A DNA stretch of 64,000 nucleotides from Escherichia phage UFV-AREG1. The notes under the pieces were generated by a model. The model worked only from the letters and a program-made list of their open reading frames with translations. It did not search any database and had not been told where the DNA came from. Positions 1 through 9,067 of this stretch are shown here, in pieces; position 1 is the first letter of the stretch; every line of letters begins with the position of its first letter. The DNA is taken from the sequence record KX009778. One strand, given 5' to 3'. The position numbers and the translations under genes were made by a program.

Positions 1-588
1 GATAATACTATCTTTTTTAACATCAAGCACTTGGTTTTGTGAATTTAATTCACGTATTAGTGCTTTATTAAGCTTATCCATTTCAGCTAATGTTCCTACC
101 TCAAGCAGGTCTTCCACAAGCTTTCTTCGCGCAGGGGTCGACAAACCCATGAAAGGGGTATACCCTGCTGTACCAAGGACAACAATCTGCTTGAAACTGG
201 CATATGACATTCCGATAAGCTGTTCAAATTCTGCTTGGAAATCTTTACTGCTGGCAGATTCATTAAGACGTGTACCGTTAACGGTGATTTCAAAAACGTT
301 CGGTTTTTGTCCTCTTTTGATATAGTACTTTTTCTCATCATATTCCATCCACAGTTCAACTAAAAGTTCTTTCTTATTTGTGCTGTTTATTAATTGACCT
401 TTCTTTACATCACGAAATGGCTTGCCAAAAAGCCCAAATGTGATGGCTTCTAACATAGTAGACTTACCACCGCCATTTCGTCCAGTAATAAGAGTTTTTT
501 GAACCTTATCTAGTTGAATGTCAATAGGATTTCCACCTACTGACATTATATTTTGATACCTAACTCGGTTTAGTTTAAAATTCTTCAC
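1..588 (-). CDS. 46: Recombination endonuclease subunit gp46 (SbcC/Rad50-like ATPase), N-terminal ~196 codons; gene continues past window start
   Basis: Minus frame reads VKNFKLNRVRYQNIMSVGGNPIDIQLDKVQKTLITGRNGGGKSTMLEAI with Walker A; probable GTG start at 588 with AAGGAA SD; matches recalled T4 gp46 N-terminus. Confidence 0.85.
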   Translation of the reverse strand, partial: MKNFKLNRVRYQNIMSVGGNPIDIQLDKVQKTLITGRNGGGKSTMLEAITFGLFGKPFRDVKKGQLINSTNKKELLVELWMEYDEKKYYIKRGQKPNVFEITVNGTRLNESASSKDFQAEFEQLIGMSYASFKQIVVLGTAGYTPFMGLSTPARRKLVEDLLEVGTLAEMDKLNKALIRELNSQNQVLDVKKDSII

Positions 589-848
589 AAAAGATTCCTT
601 TTAATGTATCTTTTAGACCATTCTATCATATCATCATAATCTAAAAAGTATTCATCAAATTCAGCCATGCAAACAACACCTTGTGCTGCTTTTGATGTGA
701 TATAAATTATTCCAACATATCTAGAATCTTCTTCGGTGTAATCAATATTTGCTATGAATTCATCATTAATGTCAAATGTCGAAAACTTCACAGTATGCAT
801 CCTTAATACAAGATACAGCCATATCTTGTAATGATTTAGGTGTGTCAT
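585..848 (-). CDS. hypothetical small protein (87 aa)
   Basis: ORF track; stop overlaps gene 46 start; start uncertain because it overlaps next ORF. Confidence 0.45.
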   Translation of the reverse strand: MTHLNHYKIWLYLVLRMHTVKFSTFDINDEFIANIDYTEEDSRYVGIIYITSKAAQGVVCMAEFDEYFLDYDDMIEWSKRYIKRNLL

Positions 849-1035
849 TATCTAAAATGTTGAAGTTAAAAGATACAGCCCAGTCAGTGCAGACCGTGAC
901 CTTTTTAATACAATTATCTTCAACCTCTAATGGTTCAAACCAATATTCAATAATTTCTTTATGCCCAATATCATCTTTTACTTCGCATTCAAAATGCTGA
1001 CTCATCATAACATTTTTAAATTCATCAAAAGTCAT
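772..1035 (-). CDS. hypothetical small protein (87 aa)
   Basis: ORF track; ATGA overlap with gene 47 stop codon. Confidence 0.5.
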   Translation of the reverse strand: MTFDEFKNVMMSQHFECEVKDDIGHKEIIEYWFEPLEVEDNCIKKVTVCTDWAVSFNFNILDNDTPKSLQDMAVSCIKDAYCEVFDI

Positions 1036-2051
1036 TGTGTTGCCTCTACATATAGCTGGTTTGCATATTGAATAAGTGCTTCACGGTCAGAATCAGTGAT
1101 GTCTGGAATTGCATTAATGTATTCTTCCATCAACGTCTGAAGAGATTGAACTTCAACTTCTTCACTGTCATCTGACTCGACAGAGTTATCAATTTTTGAC
1201 ACAACTCGTAATGAATGCACAACTTTTTCTAGTTCAGATTCGAACTTCGTTAGATTTTTGTCTACTTCAGTTACTATAACACGTACTGATAGATTTGTAA
1301 AATCTTTATAGTCAATTTTTCCTTTAAATGGATAATGAATTCTACGATGCCAGGTAGTATTGTTTGGAATAAATTCCATTCGTTCTGTTTCTGTATCAAA
1401 CATCCAGAACCCACGAGGGTCATTCTCGTCACCTGCAGTTAGTGTCCATGGTGTCCCAATATATCTGACGTTAGCAGCCTCAGAGATAGTATGGAAGTGA
1501 CCAGACCACACTTCTTTATAAGTCTTAAGGAAATCAGGTTCAAGACCGTGAGATTTCATTCCTTTATAAAAATAAAATCCGTTCAGTTCCCAGTGACCAA
1601 CACAAAAAGAAGCAGATGAAGTTTTGATATGCTCAAGAATTTCACCAGTATTTTCTTCACACATCCAAGGAATTAAATCAATCAAACATCCGTCAAAATC
1701 TACTGTAGTAGGCTTATCATACACTTTAACATTAGGATATTTAGCCAAAAGCTCAGTAGAGGCATTTGGAGTTAAAGTATTTTTAAAGTGCATATCATGG
1801 TTTCCTACAACAGTATGTAGGGTAATACCAGCATCATCAAGCATTTGAACTATTTCACGAGCAAACTCCATAGTTTTATGCGTGATTGCTTTTCGCACAT
1901 CAAAAATATCGCCGTATTGAATCCAGGTAGTAATTCCATTTTTCTTAGAATATTCTATTGCTTGTTTAATTCCATCCAACTGAATAGATTGAACCCACTC
2001 ATCATCGGCTTTAACGCCTAAATGCCAATCACCTAAATTTAAAATTTTCAT
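1032..2051 (-). CDS. 47: Recombination endonuclease subunit gp47 (Mre11-like metallophosphoesterase)
   Basis: 339-aa ORF with phosphoesterase motifs GDWH, GDIFD, GNHD, GHWE, GHFH; matches recalled T4 gp47. Confidence 0.9.
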   Translation of the reverse strand: MKILNLGDWHLGVKADDEWVQSIQLDGIKQAIEYSKKNGITTWIQYGDIFDVRKAITHKTMEFAREIVQMLDDAGITLHTVVGNHDMHFKNTLTPNASTELLAKYPNVKVYDKPTTVDFDGCLIDLIPWMCEENTGEILEHIKTSSASFCVGHWELNGFYFYKGMKSHGLEPDFLKTYKEVWSGHFHTISEAANVRYIGTPWTLTAGDENDPRGFWMFDTETERMEFIPNNTTWHRRIHYPFKGKIDYKDFTNLSVRVIVTEVDKNLTKFESELEKVVHSLRVVSKIDNSVESDDSEEVEVQSLQTLMEEYINAIPDITDSDREALIQYANQLYVEATQ

Positions 2052-2211
2052 ATATCAAGAACCGTCATTGAAATGCAAAATAAAATTATTGAAATAAACC
2101 CATCTGGTGTGCTAAAGAACCCAATCCAACATGCTCTAGTGAATAGATAAAATGCAAGAAAAAGTATCACATATCCAAGAAATATCATTATATCAAACTC
2201 CGTATAAAGCT

Positions 2212-2229
2212 AAAGGGCCGAAGCCCTTT
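2212..2229 (-). terminator. Hairpin terminator after a-gt
   Basis: AAGGGC-cgaa-GCCCTT stem-loop overlapping stop codon, T-rich flank. Confidence 0.55.
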
Positions 2230-3430
2230 ATTTTGTAATAATGTCAAACTGTTCTTTAAAGCAGAAGCTTGAATCTTGATGCTGATACAAAAATTCATAT
2301 GCTTTTTCTCGCTCATGATCATAAAGAGCTCGGTCAGATGACAGTTCTTTAATACGTTCAAATGTTGATTCCATATCATTTTCATCAAACCAAATGATAC
2401 CGCTATCATGCGAGGTCAAAGGAGTATTATCAACACGGAATTTTAAATTTTCGCCAGTAGATTTCCAAAATACTGGAATTGTTCCACACGCGCCAAGCTC
2501 GAGATGAGTATATTCTAAAGAACGTTGTAGATATTTTTTGTCCAACTTACTCAGCTGATAACCAAATCCGGATTTACTCATGCGTTCAAGCATTTCGCTA
2601 TTTACATAACGGTCAAGAATTTGCGTTGGCAAATTAGGAGCAATTTTAATTTGGTCTACTTGATGAAGACGATAATACTCGTATGGAATTCCTTTTTCTT
2701 TAATAGGAATGAACGCTGGAGAACGTTCCAGACCTTCCATAATAGTACTTAGTCCTGCAGGTTTAAGATGTTTTTCGTGAAAATCAAACATCTGATAAAA
2801 ACCTTTCCATGTAGTCGTACGACCAATCCAACGGTTGATATTCATGTTAATTTCAGAAACATCTTTCCAGTAGGTTGACCGAACCTTCGCAATATCCATA
2901 GGAGGCTGAAAGTTATATACTGTCGGTGCTTCTTCAATATCATCAAACAGAGAAACAGTTTCTGGATACCACTCTTTCATCAGAACTTTATTAAAATCAC
3001 CATTATCAGAATGGCTAAAAATAACATCAGCTCGACGAACAGTTTCTTCTAATCCCAAATTTCGACGCAAAGAAAGAGAAGAATGGTCATGTTGATAAAC
3101 TACAACACGAACAGAAGGTTTAATGTTATCAATAATTTTTTTATAGTTATTAATAGTGTCTTCTTCAACCGAAGTAGCAGGAACTGAATTGATAATTAGA
3201 ATATCACAATCATTTACCAGCTTAAGTGTTTTATCATATTCTTTTGCCAATAAAACCGGAATTGAAAATGATTTATAATCATGCGCGCAGTTACGAGTAA
3301 ATGATTTATCTTTAGCATAAACCAAAGTTACTTCATGACCATTTTTAATAAACCAATCACGCTGCTCAAGAGAAAATTTAGTTACACCGCAACCTTCAAG
3401 ACCTCGAGCCATAAAAATACATACTTTCAT
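2228..3430 (-). CDS. a-gt: DNA alpha-glucosyltransferase
   Basis: 400-aa ORF MKVCIFMARGLEGCGVTKFSLEQRDWFIKNGHEVTLVYAKDK; near-identical to recalled T4 alpha-gt N-terminus and same length. Confidence 0.9.
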   Translation of the reverse strand: MKVCIFMARGLEGCGVTKFSLEQRDWFIKNGHEVTLVYAKDKSFTRNCAHDYKSFSIPVLLAKEYDKTLKLVNDCDILIINSVPATSVEEDTINNYKKIIDNIKPSVRVVVYQHDHSSLSLRRNLGLEETVRRADVIFSHSDNGDFNKVLMKEWYPETVSLFDDIEEAPTVYNFQPPMDIAKVRSTYWKDVSEINMNINRWIGRTTTWKGFYQMFDFHEKHLKPAGLSTIMEGLERSPAFIPIKEKGIPYEYYRLHQVDQIKIAPNLPTQILDRYVNSEMLERMSKSGFGYQLSKLDKKYLQRSLEYTHLELGACGTIPVFWKSTGENLKFRVDNTPLTSHDSGIIWFDENDMESTFERIKELSSDRALYDHEREKAYEFLYQHQDSSFCFKEQFDIITK

Positions 3431-3455
3431 TTAATATCCTCATTGTTTTTGGTTT

Positions 3456-3480
3456 ATTTTACCAAAAATTTATAAAGCAA
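3456..3480 (-). promoter_or_regulatory. Candidate middle (MotA-dependent) promoter upstream of a-gt
   Basis: Minus strand ATTGCTTTA (MotA-box-like) followed 11 nt later by TAAAAT; spacing slightly short. Confidence 0.3.
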
Positions 3481-3482
3481 TA

Positions 3483-3500
3483 TAGGAGCCGAAGCTCCTA
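3483..3500 (-). terminator. Hairpin (terminator-like) upstream of a-gt
   Basis: Perfect 7-bp stem TAGGAGC-cgaa-GCTCCTA. Confidence 0.45.
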
Positions 3501-3674
3501 TCCACATAATACGCCATACAGAGGCTCGTTAGAACTTTTAAATTTTATGCGCTTATATGTTATAGTTCCTTCTGCTTTAGCTTTATCATGAGACTCTTTA
3601 AAGCGTCTCATCATTTCCTCTTTAGAGGAACGAATTTTATTATAATCTATTTCAGAAGTCTGGATGTTCATCTT

Positions 3675-3881
3675 TCACAGTTGCCACCATTTTTTGACTT
3701 GATAAGAATCAACCCACACTTTCATATTAGGGTCTGCTCTTACAATAGGAGGATTAACTTCTTTAATTGAACTATCATGGTATTCTTTTTCAGAAATTTT
3801 CACACAAAGATGACCATTCAAAGATTCAGTAAATCCTGCATTAATTTTAAGACGCTTGAATTTTACGTGTGTAAGCATCAA
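3675..3881 (-). CDS. hypothetical small protein
   Basis: ORF track, 68 aa; position between a-gt and 55. Confidence 0.4.
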   Translation of the reverse strand: MMLTHVKFKRLKINAGFTESLNGHLCVKISEKEYHDSSIKEVNPPIVRADPNMKVWVDSYQVKKWWQL

Positions 3882-4164
3882 TCATATCCTCAATCTGTGA
3901 TCTAGTAGTCTTCCAAAGAATACTAATGAGTTCATCGTTATATGGCTGTTTTAGAATATCCCGACTTTTCTTGATAGCATATTCGTATTGAGCAAAATTA
4001 TTGTTTTCAGCTGCAATCTGAGCGTGCTTATAAAGACGATTCAGTTCGCGTTTGTTTTTAGACAATAACTTATTTGCTTTTCTTTCTGCTTCAAGACGGT
4101 TCTTTTCTTCAATAGAAGAAATAAGCTTTTCCACTTCATCATTAATTTCGGGTTTATCAGTCAT
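3847..4164 (-). CDS. hypothetical protein (105 aa)
   Basis: ORF track; compact operon arrangement. Confidence 0.5.
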   Translation of the reverse strand: MTDKPEINDEVEKLISSIEEKNRLEAERKANKLLSKNKRELNRLYKHAQIAAENNNFAQYEYAIKKSRDILKQPYNDELISILWKTTRSQIEDMIDAYTRKIQAS

Positions 4165-4165
4165 A

Positions 4166-4384
4166 TTATTTCTCTAATATAAAATAAAAATCATCATCTG
4201 TTAAATGATACCGATAGTTTAATTCTACACCATTAGATTTAAAAGCGGTATCATACGGATTTTCTGGATCAATATCAATGTCAAGAGCTAAAACTTCCCT
4301 GAGATACATTTTAAGTAAATAGGGAATAGCTTCAACTTCAGGTATTTCTTCCAAGAATCCGGAGAGGTTAATCGTTAGCCTCAT
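4166..4384 (-). CDS. hypothetical small protein
   Basis: ORF track 4166..4411 trimmed to internal Met to avoid overlap with gene 55. Confidence 0.4.
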
Positions 4385-4925
4385 ATAAAAAATCCAAACT
4401 AGGAGAATCATCTACAACACTTTTCTTTTCAGCCCCCGGTGTTCTATAGGTTGATTCTTCGTAATGCGTCATTTTATCATAGATGTCTTGAATAAAAGTT
4501 TCATCTACTAACGCAACCATATCGTCGTCACGACTGTCATAGACATTGTGAACGAAGTAACTATATTTCTTTGCAACTTCCTTACGTTCTTTTTTAATAC
4601 GTTGGACGAATGCATTAAAACAAGCTTGAGTTATATATGCATGTGGGTTTTTATATTTCGTTTCATCAAAATTATGAAGCCCCTTAATAGAAGCTTCTAT
4701 ACCATCTGCAATCATTTCTTGTTTCCAAGACTGGGTGTATCCTGAAAAGTTGAAACGTTTAGATAAGCCTTCTGCAATAAGCATAATGGCTAATCCGATA
4801 GTATCATTCTGACGAACTACTTTATTTGGGTCTTTATTATTTGCTAATTCTGTTTTCCAATCAATAATAGCTTGTAAAAGCTCTTTATTGTTTACGTAAT
4901 TATATTTAGGCTTAGTTTCTGACAT
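4368..4925 (-). CDS. 55: Late-transcription sigma factor gp55
   Basis: [33 protein letters not shown]; 185 aa from ATG at 4925 with AGAGGTG SD; matches recalled T4 gp55. Confidence 0.9.
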
Positions 4926-5003
4926 TTTCACCTCTTAGCTCAATTCATAGATCTATTATATCATAATATTTGAAGATCTATCTTAAAGCACAGAGGATAT
5001 CAG

Positions 5004-5273
5004 TTATCTAAGTAAGCAGTATGCTTGGAACACTTTCTCCATCATCTTTTTAAATTCATGAATATCTATATAATGACTAGTTAAATCAGCATGATATAAA
5101 AAGTCTAAAAACTTTTCATGTGTGCTAACATATTCACTTTCATTTAATTCAGAAACATGACTTTCCCAATATCCAACACCAGTCTTATTTGGGAAAAATG
5201 AAATTTTCATGCATTGATCAACATAGAAAATGCCATAATTTTCAATAGTAATAGAAATATTAATAAATTTCAT
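5004..5273 (-). CDS. hypothetical protein (89 aa)
   Basis: ORF track. Confidence 0.45.
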   Translation of the reverse strand: MKFINISITIENYGIFYVDQCMKISFFPNKTGVGYWESHVSELNESEYVSTHEKFLDFLYHADLTSHYIDIHEFKKMMEKVFQAYCLLR

Positions 5274-5485
5274 GCATTCATCAACTTAGCCGCTCCAAGA
5301 GCTGCATCTAGTGAATCAAATTGGTCAACGTATTCAATCAATTCGCCGTAATTGGCATATAACCACCATTGGCTAAATTCATACTCAAGGATGAATCCAT
5401 TTCCTTCAATTTGAGTTAAACCATTGCCGTTTGTATTTACTTCATACCCAGCGAGACGCAAATCGTTAATAAGAGCTTCGTTCAT
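5270..5485 (-). CDS. hypothetical protein (71 aa)
   Basis: ORF track; stop/start overlap with neighbours. Confidence 0.5.
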   Translation of the reverse strand: MNEALINDLRLAGYEVNTNGNGLTQIEGNGFILEYEFSQWWLYANYGELIEYVDQFDSLDAALGAAKLMNA

Positions 5486-5487
5486 AA

Positions 5488-5814
5488 TTATACCTTAGTA
5501 ATTTTCAGGTCTGCAAATTTTTTCTTGCGTTGATTTTTCATGCGACGAATAGTTTTATCGGAAATTTCATGCTTTTGATAAGCTTTAGATTCTACACCAA
5601 AAGCTTTAACATCAAATTCTGACAAGATATATTGAACCAACAATTCACGGATAGTATTACGTCCAATCTTCTGATCATTCTGTTTCATCGTCTGATGAAG
5701 CTCTTTTTCCCATTTATCCAAAATTTGAGGAGTTACAATATCGCCTTTTTCTAGCAAAGAAACTACTTTATCATATGCGTAAGAATTGATGGCGTTTTTA
5801 ATTTGAATAGTCAT
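5488..5814 (-). CDS. hypothetical protein (108 aa)
   Basis: ORF track. Confidence 0.55.
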   Translation of the reverse strand: MTIQIKNAINSYAYDKVVSLLEKGDIVTPQILDKWEKELHQTMKQNDQKIGRNTIRELLVQYILSEFDVKAFGVESKAYQKHEISDKTIRRMKNQRKKKFADLKITKV

Positions 5815-5854
5815 ACATTATTCTCAATTACGTTAAAATTTTATTATCCAAAAA

Positions 5855-5866
5855 GGGCCGAAGCCC
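5855..5866 (-). terminator. Hairpin terminator
   Basis: GGGC-cgaa-GCCC followed by TTTTTGG on minus strand. Confidence 0.5.
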
Positions 5867-6067
5867 TTAGCTAAACTTTTTGGCACCCTTCCAGCCTTCA
5901 TACATCATTGCGGCTGATATTAATATTGCTCCTGAGCAACTTGAATATTTGTGATTCCAAAACCAGTTTAGAAAAACTTCGTCATCAATACCTTGGGCTA
6001 TCATATTTTCAAAGAACTGACGACGAGCTTCGGCAATTCGCTGCGATAATTTAGATTCAGGATTCAT
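5867..6067 (-). CDS. hypothetical protein (66 aa)
   Basis: ORF track; followed by terminator hairpin. Confidence 0.5.
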   Translation of the reverse strand: MNPESKLSQRIAEARRQFFENMIAQGIDDEVFLNWFWNHKYSSCSGAILISAAMMYEGWKGAKKFS

Positions 6068-6199
6068 TTAAATTTTCCAGTTACCATTTTCATCAATAAA
6101 TTTAATCCAGTCATTTACTGACCACTTAGTTGTATCACCTTTTGGAGTAACATTTAAAGTGTATAACCCCTGCTTAAAAAGCATTCGTTTGATATTCAT
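6068..6199 (-). CDS. hypothetical small protein
   Basis: ORF 6068..6283 trimmed to internal Met (MNIKRMLFKQ) to avoid overlap. Confidence 0.35.
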   Translation of the reverse strand: MNIKRMLFKQGLYTLNVTPKGDTTKWSVNDWIKFIDENGNWKI

Positions 6200-6206
6200 A
6201 TTTTCC

Positions 6207-6500
6207 TCAGCTGTAACGATAACACTCGTTTGATTTACGTTTAGCAACTCGTTGAGAAGTATTATAATCAAAATCATCGTCAATGTAAACTGATTTTTTC
6301 AACTTTCTTACTTCACCGCGTAATTGACGATTTAGCTCATCTTTAACTTCTGAATCAATACCTTTCATTCTACGCCATTTATCTGAGCGAAAAATGTTTT
6401 CAACCATATCTTTATGACTTACACCATCAGGAGCTTTACGCTTTCCGAAATAGTCATAATCACGTACTTTTAAATCTTTACGACGATACGTTTTACCCAT
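6207..6500 (-). CDS. hypothetical basic protein (97 aa)
   Basis: ORF 6207..6545 trimmed to ATG at 6500 (MGKTYRRKDLK). Confidence 0.5.
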   Translation of the reverse strand: MGKTYRRKDLKVRDYDYFGKRKAPDGVSHKDMVENIFRSDKWRRMKGIDSEVKDELNRQLRGEVRKLKKSVYIDDDFDYNTSQRVAKRKSNECYRYS

Positions 6501-6672
6501 GGAGTTTAATTTCCTTAGCAACTGAACTAAATACAGCACGATCACAAACCATGCGTTTGTTCCATTTAATCACAGTATAATTAACATCTAGATCATCGAC
6601 TGCTGTAACAATAACGATATGTCCGTTAACACGATAGTACTGGTCAATTTTAATCTCTTTATCAACCATATC
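6493..6672 (-). CDS. hypothetical small protein (~59 aa)
   Basis: Manually read ORF MVDKEIKIDQYYRVNGHIVIV; below ORF-track size cutoff; stop overlaps next start. Confidence 0.35.
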   Translation of the reverse strand, partial: DMVDKEIKIDQYYRVNGHIVIVTAVDDLDVNYTVIKWNKRMVCDRAVFSSVAKEIKLHG

Positions 6673-6810
6673 AATTCCTCAAAGGTAATTCATGTGTTAA
6701 TAATACCACGGTTTGAACTTGTTGTAAACAACTTTGTGAAAAATATTTTAGGGAATGATAAGAAAGGAACGATAGCTTAGAATGGTAATATACAGAATGT
6801 AAGAAAGAAA

Positions 6811-6823
6811 GGCCCAGAGGGCC
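6811..6823 (-). terminator. Hairpin terminator after nrdH-like gene
   Basis: GGCCC-aga-GGGCC followed by TTTCTTTCTT on minus strand. Confidence 0.55.
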
Positions 6824-6827
6824 CGTC

Positions 6828-7153
6828 TTAATCTTCTATGATATCTCTATCATATCCAAGTGAAATGAGAGTTTCTTTGAAGTGTTTAATGTTCTTTTGT
6901 CTAGAATCATTAATGAAAATGACTGGATAACGAATGTTAAGAGATGTGAATCCAGCGCGTTTAGCAAGAGATACAATCAGTGGACGATCATACTCAATCT
7001 TACCATTATTTGTAAGAACTTTATAGAAAGTAAAAGGAGCATTGAGCTCCTTTAGAAGTTTTGTAACTGATTGACATCCAGGACAACGACCTACTTCATC
7101 TGGAATTCCATAGACTTCAATCTTATTCTTTAAGTTCGAGTTTTGTTCCACGA
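6828..7153 (-). CDS. nrdH: NrdH-like glutaredoxin
   Basis: CPGC redox motif (GRCPGCQ) in small protein adjacent to nrdG; start uncertain, probably non-ATG. Confidence 0.55.
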
Positions 7154-7434
7154 GAAATAATTCCTTGGTAAGCCCAATAAGGAGGATTAACAGAATCCTC
7201 ACCAGAGTTTTCTTCAGGAAAATAAACCTGGATAACAAATCCAGACGCATCAAAGGTAAAATAAACCGTAGGTAGTTCACCTAACAATTCGGCACGAGTA
7301 TTAATTTCTTCGAGATCTCGTTCACGTCCAGCCCAAAAACTAGGATTTAGACTACATTCGTAAAAATAATAGTCATTACCGAACATATCAAAACCCTTCC
7401 AACTCTCTACCACATACCGCTCAAAACTAATCAT
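7123..7434 (-). CDS. hypothetical protein (103 aa)
   Basis: ORF track. Confidence 0.5.
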   Translation of the reverse strand: MISFERYVVESWKGFDMFGNDYYFYECSLNPSFWAGRERDLEEINTRAELLGELPTVYFTFDASGFVIQVYFPEENSGEDSVNPPYWAYQGIISRGTKLELKE

Positions 7435-7436
7435 AA

Positions 7437-7652
7437 TTAAGCCTTTTTATCAAGAACAGAATTCAGCTTGTTAGTAATTTTATCCAGACGCTCATTAAAC
7501 TCACTAGAAGATAAGCCCTTTTCTGGAGAAATTAAACTAATAACGAAAAATATAGCAATAAAAGGAATAAGGAAAATAGCTCCAACTGCCATAAACAGAA
7601 AGAATGTTACAGTTGTAAGAAAATCAGCTAAACCTTTACGAAATTTATACAT
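7437..7652 (-). CDS. small membrane protein
   Basis: 71-aa ORF with long hydrophobic stretch FLTTVTFFLFMAVGAIFLIPFIAIFFVISLI. Confidence 0.5.
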   Translation of the reverse strand: MYKFRKGLADFLTTVTFFLFMAVGAIFLIPFIAIFFVISLISPEKGLSSSEFNERLDKITNKLNSVLDKKA

Positions 7653-7767
7653 ATTTTACCCTTAATTAATTAACAAAGCATTGATAAGTACTAAACTATA
7701 TTGGGAATAAAATTCTGGACCAAAATGAAAAATCATATCATTTATAGTATCCATAATGCAATTCAAT

Positions 7768-8238
7768 TTAATCATGTTTCCACACCCCATCGGTATTTGA
7801 CCAAAGTCGCTGATTATCTGATCCTCGCCACAGCTTTTTAGTCGGAAGATTTTTCTCATACTTCCCATCAATAATAACATCAACATATTTAAGCATTTCT
7901 AGTTGTTTAATATCTTCAAACTTATATCCTGTCCACAACCAAATGCTTTTATTGGGATAAAGATTTTTTACTGTTTGAACCACAGAGTGAATCACGTCTC
8001 TGTTATCAGGATAAAGAGGGTCACCTCCGGTTATAGTTAATCCTTCTATATAATCATTATTCAAACATTCAATCAATTGTTCTAGTGTTTCACCAGTAAA
8101 TGGAATACCATTTCTAGCATTCCATGTTGATTTATTATAACACCCTTCGCATTTATGCAAACATCCAGTAACGAAAAGAACTGTCCTGCATCCAGGACCA
8201 TTAACAAAGCAGCACGGGTATATTCTGTCATAATTCAT
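7768..8238 (-). CDS. nrdG: Anaerobic ribonucleotide reductase activating protein (radical SAM)
   Basis: 156-aa ORF with CxxxCxxC motif GCLHKCEGC; matches recalled T4 NrdG. Confidence 0.9.
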   Translation of the reverse strand: MNYDRIYPCCFVNGPGCRTVLFVTGCLHKCEGCYNKSTWNARNGIPFTGETLEQLIECLNNDYIEGLTITGGDPLYPDNRDVIHSVVQTVKNLYPNKSIWLWTGYKFEDIKQLEMLKYVDVIIDGKYEKNLPTKKLWRGSDNQRLWSNTDGVWKHD

Positions 8239-9067
8239 TTATATATTTCCAATTATAGCCTTCAACACTTTTACGTTCGCCATTTAAACATTTTAAAATA
8301 TTTCCTTTGCTAGAAATATTAAAATATTTTGCTGCGTCTGGTATATAATTAAATGTTTTTAAAAGAACACCATCTTTATATGCGCCAAATAAATTAAGAG
8401 TATATTTTTCTCGAAGACGCTGATGTTTCCTTTTCATAACCTCAGGATTTGCATACGCCAACTTCAATGAATTTCTGTGTTTTTCTTTTACTTCAGGTTT
8501 TTGCATTGCTAACTTAGTTAGCCTGGAAATTTTATTTCTAACTTCGTCAGTTTTCATTGCATTTGACAAATTTAATAAAGTTTTATTTCTAACTTCAGGT
8601 TTTTGCATTGCTAACTTAGTTAGTTCTCTATGTCTTTTTCTAAAATCGTCATCCTTCCATATATTTTTCGATAATTTTGACATAGAGCGGTGAAATAATT
8701 CCTTTTCACTGGAATACAATTTAAAAATTTCATCCAATTCATCCGCATTAAATCTATCGGTATTCGAGTTTATCATTCTATGAAAGGCATAACACATTTT
8801 ACTATTGCTTGTTTTAGCTAAATAGTAATGAGCTAACGCATGGTCATAATATGACAAATTAACAATATTCCATTTATCTGTTTTATATTCAGGAAATATA
8901 GATTTGGGAAGCACGTGATGTGCTTCCGTTTTTCCTTTTATTTTAGGATTATTATAATTTTTTGTTATCAAATCAACATATGACAATAGTAAATCATTAT
9001 TTTCTTCAAATATTAAAGCTAATTTATCATTCACAAAATCGCAAGGATAAAATCTATCATAATTCAT
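8228..9067 (-). CDS. HNH-family homing endonuclease (Mob-like), freestanding between nrdD and nrdG
   Basis: 279-aa ORF with HNH-like motif EAHHVLPKS...NIVNL...HALAH; three 17-aa tandem repeats; C-terminal GERKSVEGYNWKY motif; first 13 codons duplicate the nrdG N-terminus. Confidence 0.75.
   Translation of the reverse strand: MNYDRFYPCDFVNDKLALIFEENNDLLLSYVDLITKNYNNPKIKGKTEAHHVLPKSIFPEYKTDKWNIVNLSYYDHALAHYYLAKTSNSKMCYAFHRMINSNTDRFNADELDEIFKLYSSEKELFHRSMSKLSKNIWKDDDFRKRHRELTKLAMQKPEVRNKTLLNLSNAMKTDEVRNKISRLTKLAMQKPEVKEKHRNSLKLAYANPEVMKRKHQRLREKYTLNLFGAYKDGVLLKTFNYIPDAAKYFNISSKGNILKCLNGERKSVEGYNWKYINEL
8239..9063 (-). mobile_element. Homing-endonuclease gene insertion at the nrdD/nrdG junction
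   Basis: About 40 bp at 9031..9070 is a diverged copy of the nrdG start region 8201..8240 (both contain TCATAATTCATT); the HEG sits exactly between nrdD stop and nrdG start. Confidence 0.6.
8478..8630 (-). repeat. Three tandem ~51-bp coding repeats inside the HNH endonuclease gene
   Basis: Repeated DNA blocks containing cttcaggtttttgcattgctaacttagttag; encode repeated LTKLAMQKPEV peptide motif. Confidence 0.7.

Noticed and set aside
2188-2409. 73-aa ORF overlapping the 3-prime end of a-gt, and similar embedded ORFs (1624..1848, 3588..3770, 4548..4745, 10354..10572, 19190..19429, 20346..20978, 27432..27644)
   Set aside because: Overlap conserved genes in another frame or strand; no independent evidence.
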